Shown: in pieces, positions 1-5,899 of the stretch
Numbering within the stretch: the first letter of the stretch is position 1
Layout of the letters: every line of letters starts with the position of its first letter
DNA from: Arthrobacter phage Talia1610
Length of the DNA: 24,000 nucleotides
Sequence record: PQ559666.1
Reading direction: 5' to 3' (one strand)
Made by a program: the position numbers and the translations under genes
The notes under the pieces: generated by a model
Told to the model about the DNA's origin: nothing
What the model saw: the letters and a program-made list of their open reading frames with translations, nothing else
Databases searched by the model: none

Positions 1-59
1 CACTCCCCTAGTAGAAAGACATAAGGCAAGCCTAGCATCCCATCAACACCCTTGGAATT

Positions 60-770
60 ATGAATAATCACACAAAAATCACAGCCCTTGCAACTACTAT
101 CCTGCTGTCTTCCAGTCTTGCCTCTCCAGCAAACGCTGACCAGCCTAAGACTCAGCCAGTATCCTCTGTTACGACAGAGCTACCGAAGATCAAAGCAGCA
201 GCCGCTCCTCTCAAGTTCGAGAAGACGGCGGTATCTACAACCCCAGCTCCAGTTCAAGCCCCAACACTTGAACAGGAATTTGTAGAGCCTGCTCCAGTTC
301 CTGTCGAGACTCCGGCACCTGTGGCCCAAGTTTCTCCGGAACCTGTAGCACCAACCACCACCCCAACCCCACAGACCACAGCCCCAGTTGCCGCTAAGAC
401 AGCAACACCGGCTCCAGCTCCTGTGAAGGCACCAGTAGCACCAGCATCCGGAAAGGGCGCAACTATCGCTGCCGCCGCATACGCTCAGATAGGTATCTCT
501 CAGGACTGCACCGCGCTAGTAAGCAACGCTCTCTCAGCAGCCGGTATCAACTTCCACGGATGGCCGAACGACTACGCCAGCCTAGGAACCGTTGTTTCGA
601 CCCCTGCTCCCGGAGACATTCTGATTTATCAGAACGCCGGAGCCGGAGTGCCCCACGTAGCAATCTATGTAGGAAACGGTATGGCGATTCATGGCGGATG
701 GAACGGCGGAACCACTGTCCTGTTCTCCGCTAACGTCGGCTCAGGATACTTCGCTGTCCGAGTTGCATAA
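60..770 (+). CDS. Secreted NlpC/P60-like peptidoglycan hydrolase with Pro/Ala-rich linker
   Basis: N-terminal signal peptide-like segment (ALATTILLSSSLASPANA), long PAPVxxP linker, C-terminal domain with catalytic-type Cys (QDCTALVSNAL) and His (GVPHVAIYVGNGMAIHGG) typical of NlpC/P60 folds. Confidence 0.85.
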   Translation: MNNHTKITALATTILLSSSLASPANADQPKTQPVSSVTTELPKIKAAAAPLKFEKTAVSTTPAPVQAPTLEQEFVEPAPVPVETPAPVAQVSPEPVAPTTTPTPQTTAPVAAKTATPAPAPVKAPVAPASGKGATIAAAAYAQIGISQDCTALVSNALSAAGINFHGWPNDYASLGTVVSTPAPGDILIYQNAGAGVPHVAIYVGNGMAIHGGWNGGTTVLFSANVGSGYFAVRVA

Positions 771-791
771 ACTCAGCCGATAGATTATAAT
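763..791 (+). promoter_or_regulatory. Sigma70-like promoter TTGCAT-17-TATAAT upstream of tRNA
   Basis: TTGCAT at 763-768, 17-nt spacer, TATAAT at 786-791, 10 bp before the tRNA. Confidence 0.65.
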
Positions 792-800
792 TGAATAGTG

Positions 801-877
801 CGCTCATTCGACCGGAGGAGGTTCCGGCCCCGTCTCATAAGCGGAGTAGGGTGGTTCGATTCCACCATGAGCGACCA
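801..877 (+). tRNA. tRNA with CAU anticodon (Met or Ile2), encoded CCA
   Basis: Acceptor CGCTCAT/ATGAGCG, anticodon loop CTCATAA, T arm GGTGG-TTCGATT-CCACC, A73 then CCA at 875-877. D arm is irregular and the anticodon stem has a C-A outer mismatch. Confidence 0.75.
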
Positions 878-909
878 GATGAACATCTGATAAAGATAGG
901 AGAAACAAA

Positions 910-1062
910 ATCAAGATCTACAAGACAAATACAACCAAGGGTGACTTCTTTGAAAAGTTCGCAGATGTTGCCGACGATACTCCGATTGAAGTAATAATCG
1001 AAGGTGAACCTCTCTTCGAGCAGGTAACCAGCGGGCCTGCTATTCTCCTATTCGGAGTATAG
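910..1062 (+). CDS. Small hypothetical protein (50 aa) with apparent non-canonical ATC start
   Basis: Open frame IKIYKTNTTKGDFFEKFADVADDTPIEVIIEGEPLFEQVTSGPAILLFGV* preceded by TAGGAG-N7; no in-frame ATG/GTG/TTG after the upstream stop. Confidence 0.4.
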   Translation: MKIYKTNTTKGDFFEKFADVADDTPIEVIIEGEPLFEQVTSGPAILLFGV

Positions 1063-1089
1063 CAGAAGTAACTAATCAATACACCATAA

Positions 1090-1686
1090 ATGAAAGACAA
1101 AATGACAAACCCTGACTACACAGCACTCCTCTTCATCATCGACCGCTCCGGTTCGATGCACACCATCAAGGAAGACATGGAAGGCGGTATCAACGGCGTT
1201 CTGGAAGAGCAGAAGAATCTTCCCGGAGACGTTACGGTAGATGTTGCCTACTTTGATGACGTACTCACCTACGATGACCGTTTTCTCTCCCTTGAGTCCG
1301 CTTCAATCAAGATTCAGCCGCGAGGTATGACGGCTCTGCATGACGCAATCGTTGTCAGCACTCGGAAGTTCGGAGATGCCTTGTCCCAGCTCCCTGAGGA
1401 CGAGCGCCCCGGAAACGTTCTGGTCGTGATCGTCACTGATGGTCTGGAGAACTCTTCCCGAGAATTCAACACCGCAGATGTCAAGGAGACACTTACGCTC
1501 CAGCAGGACACCTACAACTGGCAGTTCGTCTATCTTGGTGCCAATCAGGATGCGATCCAGACCGGTGAAAATCTGGGTCTCCGTAAGGGTTCGTCCTACA
1601 ACTACGTGGCAACTCGTGGCGGAACTGTGGACGCAGCCAACATCATCGGGGCTACGATCACCAGCGCACGTACTCGAATCTTCTAA
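1090..1686 (+). CDS. von Willebrand factor A (vWA) domain protein
   Basis: MIDAS-type DRSGSM near N-terminus and later TDGLENSS; internal ATG at 1102 (MTNPDYTAL) may be the real start. Confidence 0.85.
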   Translation: MKDKMTNPDYTALLFIIDRSGSMHTIKEDMEGGINGVLEEQKNLPGDVTVDVAYFDDVLTYDDRFLSLESASIKIQPRGMTALHDAIVVSTRKFGDALSQLPEDERPGNVLVVIVTDGLENSSREFNTADVKETLTLQQDTYNWQFVYLGANQDAIQTGENLGLRKGSSYNYVATRGGTVDAANIIGATITSARTRIF

Positions 1687-2421
1687 ATGACGGACTACTT
1701 TCACGGCCCACTACTGGGCTTCGACATCGAAAGTACCGGAGTTGACCCGTTTGAGGATCGTATCGTAACATTCTCTATGGTGTACTCTCCCTATAAGGGT
1801 TCCAATCCGGAGGTCCTTGAATGGCTGATCGATCCCGGAGTGGAGATTGCTGAGGGAGCGTCTGACGTGCACGGTATCACAACCGCGTACGCTCAGGAGT
1901 TCGGCAAGCAGGCACACAACGCTATGCCCTACATTGCGCGTCGTATGGAACGAATCGTTGATCTTGGCATTCCTTTTACCATTTACAACGCTCCGTTCGA
2001 CACTACCATGCTGTGGGCAGAGTTTCAGCGGTACGATGTTCCGCTGAGGTACACTCAGGAGGAGATGTTCGCCAAGGTCATCGATCCACTCGTGATTGAT
2101 AAGGCGTGCGACAAGTGGCGCAAGGGAAGCCGAAAGCTAACTGATACCGCTAAGCTCTATGGATATGATCTGACGAACGCCCACAACTCCACAGCGGACG
2201 TTGAGGCAACAATCCACATCACCCGAGAGCTTGACAAGTTCTTCAAGCCGGAGATGACCATCGAGATGTTGCAGGAATTCCAGAAGGATGCTAAGATTGA
2301 ACAATCAACGTCCTTCCAGAAGTACCTCAGGAATAAGAGGGACGAAGAAGGAAACCTTGTTGATCCTAACGCAGTAATCAACACCGAGTGGCCATACCAG
2401 ACGAAGAGAGACAATGACTGA
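1687..2421 (+). CDS. DnaQ/RNase T-like 3'-5' exonuclease
   Basis: GFDIESTGVDPFEDRIVTF (ExoI DxE-type), YNAPFDTTML (ExoII) and HNSTADVEATIHI (ExoIII-like) motifs. Confidence 0.88.
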   Translation: MTDYFHGPLLGFDIESTGVDPFEDRIVTFSMVYSPYKGSNPEVLEWLIDPGVEIAEGASDVHGITTAYAQEFGKQAHNAMPYIARRMERIVDLGIPFTIYNAPFDTTMLWAEFQRYDVPLRYTQEEMFAKVIDPLVIDKACDKWRKGSRKLTDTAKLYGYDLTNAHNSTADVEATIHITRELDKFFKPEMTIEMLQEFQKDAKIEQSTSFQKYLRNKRDEEGNLVDPNAVINTEWPYQTKRDND

Positions 2422-2776
2422 ACAGAAACCTGAACCAAAACCTGAAGAGAAGAAGAACGACGACAAGACTCTATTCGGACTCATTAACGCAGCAGCTTCC
2501 ATGCTTGAGGGCGTAACAGCTCCAGCAAAGCCGGAATACAAGAGGCCTGAACGTCCAGCTCCTTCACCTCGTCAGGCAGCTAAAACAGCGGCAGAGGAAG
2601 CTAAGACTAAGCGACACACTGACCGCCACGCTATCATTGAAGCAGCAGCCATCCAGCTCCTGCTTGACCTTCGGTCTAAGGGTCTGGTAGAGTCAGATGA
2701 AAGCATTTCGATCAAGTTGGAAACCGACGTAGAGCACCAGTTTGTGACTATCAACACAAAGTTCACGACCAGTTGA
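2414..2776 (+). CDS. Hypothetical protein, charged/proline-rich N-terminus
   Basis: 120-aa ORF overlapping the previous stop; collinear with the operon. Confidence 0.65.
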   Translation: MTEQKPEPKPEEKKNDDKTLFGLINAAASMLEGVTAPAKPEYKRPERPAPSPRQAAKTAAEEAKTKRHTDRHAIIEAAAIQLLLDLRSKGLVESDESISIKLETDVEHQFVTINTKFTTS

Positions 2777-2802
2777 CACTGCCGGTTTGAGTGTGATATA
2801 AT
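2773..2802 (+). promoter_or_regulatory. Consensus sigma70-like promoter TTGACA-18-TATAAT with extended -10 (TGATATAAT)
   Basis: TTGACA at 2773-2778, TATAAT at 2797-2802, directly upstream of the tRNA cluster. Confidence 0.75.
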
Positions 2803-2815
2803 TAATATTACACTT

Positions 2816-2891
2816 TGCGGAGTAGGGGAGTTCGGTTGTCCCCGCTGGCCTCATAAGCCAGAGACCATGAGTTCAAATCTCATCTCCGCAA
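2816..2891 (+). tRNA. tRNA with CAU anticodon (Met-type), no encoded CCA
   Basis: Acceptor TGCGGAG/CTCCGCA, anticodon arm CTGGC-CTCATAA-GCCAG, T arm ATGAG-TTCAAAT-CTCAT, A73 followed by CGA. Confidence 0.9.
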
Positions 2892-2966
2892 CGACAGTAC
2901 TGGCAGGTACTCCTAACAGTCAGTACACTAGAGTAGGCGGCTGCTCTCTAGGAAAAACCTGCATAA

Positions 2967-3037
2967 TCCCTTGTAGTTCAACGGCAGAACAGCGCACTGT
3001 TAATGCGTCAATCGTGGTTCGAATCCACGCGGGGGAG
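2967..3037 (+). tRNA. tRNA-Asn(GTT), no encoded CCA
   Basis: Acceptor TCCCTTG/CGGGGGA, anticodon arm GCGCA-CTGTTAA-TGCGT, T arm CGTGG-TTCGAAT-CCACG, G73. Confidence 0.9.
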
Positions 3038-3117
3038 CGCAATCTAATGCCGCGAGGCCGTTAAACATCCCAACAGTGTAGTGAACCAGCCACTCGTCGG
3101 CAGACGTAAAATGCTAT

Positions 3118-3190
3118 GGGGACTTAGCTCAGTTGGTAGAGCGGTTGCTTTGCAAGCAGCATGTCAGGAGTTCGATTCTCCTAGTCTCCA
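3118..3190 (+). tRNA. tRNA-Ala(TGC), no encoded CCA
   Basis: Acceptor GGGGACT/AGTCTCC, D arm GCTC..GAGC, anticodon arm GTTGC-TTTGCAA-GCAGC, T arm AGGAG-TTCGATT-CTCCT, A73. Confidence 0.93.
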
Positions 3191-3295
3191 CAAACGTTAG
3201 AACTCTCTGCAATAGCTGACGGTTCTTTCGGGTCATGGTTTTGTATTGCTGCGGCACACCATGGCTACCCACCAACGAGTCACATTGGAGTGAAC

Positions 3296-3439
3296 ATGAC
3301 CCCTGAAGAACTTGATCCGGAGTACGTGCGGAAACGTGCGTTGTTTGCACTGGAAATGATGCAGACAAAGGATCGCTTTAGTCCGGGATTAATTCGCGCC
3401 ATACTCGAAGGTAAAAATGTAAGTCTAGATACAATCTAG
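3296..3439 (+). CDS. Small hypothetical protein (47 aa), not in the ORF track
   Basis: ATG with TGGAG upstream; MTPEELDPEYVRKRALFALEMMQTKDRFSPGLIRAILEGKNVSLDTI*. Confidence 0.6.
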   Translation: MTPEELDPEYVRKRALFALEMMQTKDRFSPGLIRAILEGKNVSLDTI

Positions 3440-3510
3440 TTTTGGCATCATCCCTGACCGGTCGGGATGCTTTCAACACGTCAGGCGGAACGTGGCCGAA
3501 ATCCGCCTCT

Positions 3511-3582
3511 GGCCCTGTAGCTCAAAGGAAGAGCGCCACTCTGTCGAAGTGGAGGCTGCGGTATCGTAATCCGTCAGGGTCG
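3511..3582 (+). tRNA. tRNA-Asp(GTC), atypical T arm, no encoded CCA
   Basis: Acceptor GGCCCTG/CAGGGTC, D arm GCTC-AAAGGAA-GAGC, anticodon arm CCACT-CTGTCGA-AGTGG, G73. T arm GCGGT-ATCGTAA-TCCGT lacks the 53-61 pair and has A54/T58. Confidence 0.82.
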
Positions 3583-3617
3583 CTTTCATAAAGAAAATGA
3601 TAAACTAAAGGAGATAT

Positions 3618-4586
3618 ATGCGTCAATTGGTGACCCTAGAAACCATTTCAGAAATTCGTCCGATCCCTAATGCCGATGCAATTGAAGTTGCTCGTGTTCG
3701 TGGGTGGGATGTTGTTGTCAAAAAAGGTGAGTTCAAAGTAAATGAAGCGGTTCTTTATTTCGAGATCGACAGCTTCCTCCCCATCTCAGATCCGCGCTTT
3801 GCGTTCTTGGAACCGCGAGGTGTACGTGTACAGGATGGCGTCACAGGGCACGTCCTCAAAACTGTACGACTACGTGGTCAATACTCGCAAGGCCTTCTCA
3901 AGCCGGTCTCGGAATTTCCCGAAGGTATCCCGGATATTGCCAAGTTCGACCCGCCCCTCCCGGCAGGTCTCGAAGGCTCGGTGGAGGGACAGTTCCTCTA
4001 TCAGTTTGCTCCTAAAACAGATGCAGAGCGTATCCAGAACCTCGGAAGAGTTCTCCCTGAAATTCTCTCGCACGAGTGGATTGCAACCGAAAAGATTGAC
4101 GGCACGTCTACGACAATCGTCAACGATGGCGGAACCATCAGGATCTGCTCTCGAAACTGGGAGATTAGTCGCCCATCGGCCCGTTTCGATCTGGCCGACA
4201 AGCTCAATCTGGCAGAGATCCTGCCGGTTGATCATACACTACAGGGCGAGTACTTCGGTGAGAACATCCAGAACAATCCTCTTGGCATCAAGGGAACTGA
4301 TTTCCGTGCCTTCAACCTCTACAAGAAGACTGACAACGGCCCTGTCTGCGTTCCATTCGACCTATGGCCAGCCGCATTGGTGCCTCTACAGGTCCCTGTG
4401 CTGCCTCTGACGCTCCCGCAGACCATTGATGAGATAGTCGCCCAAGCTGACGGTTTGAAGTCTGTATTCGACCCACAGCGTCTCGCAGAGGGCATCGTCT
4501 GGCAGGGTCCCAAGGGCTTCGACTTCCTTGGGAACCGTCCCGGATTCAAGGCCATCTCCAACAAGTACCTTGCGAAGCAAAAGTAG
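3618..4586 (+). CDS. RNA ligase, DRB0094-family-like
   Basis: N-terminal region (MRQLVTLETISEIRPIPNADAIEVARVRGWDVVVKKGEF) and nucleotidyl-transfer motif I EKIDGTS. Confidence 0.9.
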   Translation: MRQLVTLETISEIRPIPNADAIEVARVRGWDVVVKKGEFKVNEAVLYFEIDSFLPISDPRFAFLEPRGVRVQDGVTGHVLKTVRLRGQYSQGLLKPVSEFPEGIPDIAKFDPPLPAGLEGSVEGQFLYQFAPKTDAERIQNLGRVLPEILSHEWIATEKIDGTSTTIVNDGGTIRICSRNWEISRPSARFDLADKLNLAEILPVDHTLQGEYFGENIQNNPLGIKGTDFRAFNLYKKTDNGPVCVPFDLWPAALVPLQVPVLPLTLPQTIDEIVAQADGLKSVFDPQRLAEGIVWQGPKGFDFLGNRPGFKAISNKYLAKQK

Positions 4587-4598
4587 ATATGATACAAT
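4570..4598 (+). promoter_or_regulatory. Promoter-like TTGCGA-17-TACAAT with extended -10 (TGATACAAT)
   Basis: Seven bp before the tRNA at 4605; same architecture as other intergenic promoters. Confidence 0.6.
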
Positions 4599-4604
4599 AG
4601 TATC

Positions 4605-4691
4605 GGTGGTTGTGGCGAAATGGTAGCCGCGCTGGTTTGTGGTACCAGTGTCAGAAATGACATGCGGGTTCGAATCCCGTCAATCACCCCA
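4605..4691 (+). tRNA. tRNA-His(GTG) on a class II (long variable arm) scaffold, with G-1:C73 and encoded CCA
   Basis: G-1 4605; acceptor GTGGTTG/CAATCAC; 3-bp D stem GCG/CGC; anticodon arm CTGGT-TTGTGGT-ACCAG; 15-nt variable arm TGTCA-GAAA-TGACA-T; T arm GCGGG-TTCGAAT-CCCGT; C73 and CCA. Confidence 0.88.
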
Positions 4692-4693
4692 AG

Positions 4694-4722
4694 TTGCAAA
4701 AATAGTCTAGACCTGATATACT
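4694..4722 (+). promoter_or_regulatory. Promoter-like TTGCAA-17-TATACT with extended -10 (TGATATACT)
   Basis: Spacer lies in the left arm of a perfect inverted repeat and the -10 lies in its loop; upstream of the epimerase gene. Confidence 0.55.
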
Positions 4723-4738
4723 GGTCTAGACTATTTTT
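4698..4738 (+). terminator. Perfect 16-bp inverted repeat, intrinsic-terminator-like (possible operator)
   Basis: AAAAATAGTCTAGACC-TGATATACT-GGTCTAGACTATTTTT. Confidence 0.7.
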
Positions 4739-4760
4739 GTTTACCCCATGAAAGACACAA

Positions 4761-5825
4761 ATGACGAAACGAATTCTACTCACTGGTGCCTCTGGCTTTG
4801 TTGGTAGCCATGTACTGCGACACATCCTCACCACCACTGATTGGGAAGTTGTTTGTCCCGTAACCTTCCGCCACAAGGGTCTGTCTGACCGTCTTGTGAA
4901 CGCCATGGACGGTAAGGACCAGTCCCGAGTAACTGTGGTACAGACTGATCTTACCGCACCGATCTCCAAAGTAACAGCCCACAAGTTCGGAGACATCAAC
5001 TACATTCTCAATGTAGCCTCTGAATCCCATGTGGACCGATCCATTGAGGAACCGGCTGCGTTCATTCAGGCTAACGTTGCCCTAATTACAAACATCCTAG
5101 ACTATGCAAGAACCCTTGACAACCTTGAGGTCTTCCTTCAGGTCTCCACGGATGAAGTTTACGGTCCTGCAAAGCCCGGAGAAGCCCACAGGGAGTGGAT
5201 TGACAACATCAAGCCCTCCAACCCCTACTCGGCATCCAAGGCAGCACAGGAGGCCGTAGCGTACTCCTACTGGCGCACCTATGACATCCCGCTGATTATC
5301 TCAAACACTATGAACATAATTGGTGAGAGTCAAGATCCGGAGAAGTTCTTCCCAAAGACTCTCCTGAACGTCCTCAACGGCACGGAAATGACGATCCACG
5401 CCTCTGCTGAAGGTGAGATCGGCTCCCGCTACTACCTTCACGCCCGTAATCAGGCTGACGGACTGCTGTTCCTTCTACGTTACTTCAGCGAGAATCCTAA
5501 GACCGAGGGTTCTGTTCCTGATACAGAGGAAGTTGAGAGTCTTCGATATTCCGAAGGCGGAACTGTCCCTCCTCGCTACCACATCGTTGGTGAACGGGAA
5601 GTGGATAACCTTGAGATGGCCCAGCTCATTGCTCAGGCTGCTGGAAAGGAACTCAAGTACCGCCTTGAGGACTTCCACTCATCCCGTCCGGGACACGATT
5701 TGCGTTATGCGCTCGATGGCCGTAAGATTGCTTCTATCGGTTGGACAGCGCCGGTTCCTCTGGAAACGTCGATCAAGTCCACCGTAGACTGGACTCTCGA
5801 CCATCCTGAATGGCTCGCATTGTAA
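4761..5825 (+). CDS. NAD-dependent sugar epimerase/dehydratase (dTDP-glucose 4,6-dehydratase-like)
   Basis: Rossmann TGASGFVGSHV, STDEVYG, and YSASKAAQE (YxxxK) motifs of extended SDR enzymes. Confidence 0.92.
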   Translation: MTKRILLTGASGFVGSHVLRHILTTTDWEVVCPVTFRHKGLSDRLVNAMDGKDQSRVTVVQTDLTAPISKVTAHKFGDINYILNVASESHVDRSIEEPAAFIQANVALITNILDYARTLDNLEVFLQVSTDEVYGPAKPGEAHREWIDNIKPSNPYSASKAAQEAVAYSYWRTYDIPLIISNTMNIIGESQDPEKFFPKTLLNVLNGTEMTIHASAEGEIGSRYYLHARNQADGLLFLLRYFSENPKTEGSVPDTEEVESLRYSEGGTVPPRYHIVGEREVDNLEMAQLIAQAAGKELKYRLEDFHSSRPGHDLRYALDGRKIASIGWTAPVPLETSIKSTVDWTLDHPEWLAL

Positions 5826-5832
5826 TTTGAAA

Positions 5833-5865
5833 GTTCGGCTCCAGTCTGTTAGGCTGGGGCCGAAC
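5833..5865 (+). terminator. Strong intergenic hairpin, possible terminator/attenuator before rIIA-like gene
   Basis: GTTCGGCTCCAG-TCTGTTAGG-CTGGGGCCGAAC, 12-bp stem; weak T-tract downstream. Confidence 0.55.
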
Positions 5866-5899
5866 CAATTTAATGACAAAGTAAAGGAAAATTAGAAGT

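Noticed and set aside
791-994. 67-aa + strand ORF
   Set aside because: Overlaps the tRNA (CAU) and conflicts with the RBS-linked frame at 910.
2867-3064. 65-aa + strand ORF
   Set aside because: Covers tRNA-Met and tRNA-Asn; the tRNA folds explain the region.
3455-3475. Hairpin-like ATCCC...GGGAT after the 47-aa ORF as a terminator
   Set aside because: ATCCCTGACCGGTCGGGAT can pair, but the T-tract is weak and interrupted, so it is not listed as a feature.
3742-4410. 222-aa + strand ORF in an alternative frame
   Set aside because: Nested inside the RNA ligase; Ser/Arg-rich composition typical of a +1-frame shadow.
4605-4691. Interpretation as a missense Leu-charging tRNA reading His codons
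   Set aside because: The Leu-like body permits it, but C73 and encoded G-1 fit His identity and lack the A73 needed by LeuRS; kept only as an alternative to test.
4319-4999. 226-aa minus-strand ORF
   Set aside because: Runs across the RNA ligase 3' end, tRNA-His, the inverted repeat and the epimerase start, so it is incompatible with the supported features.
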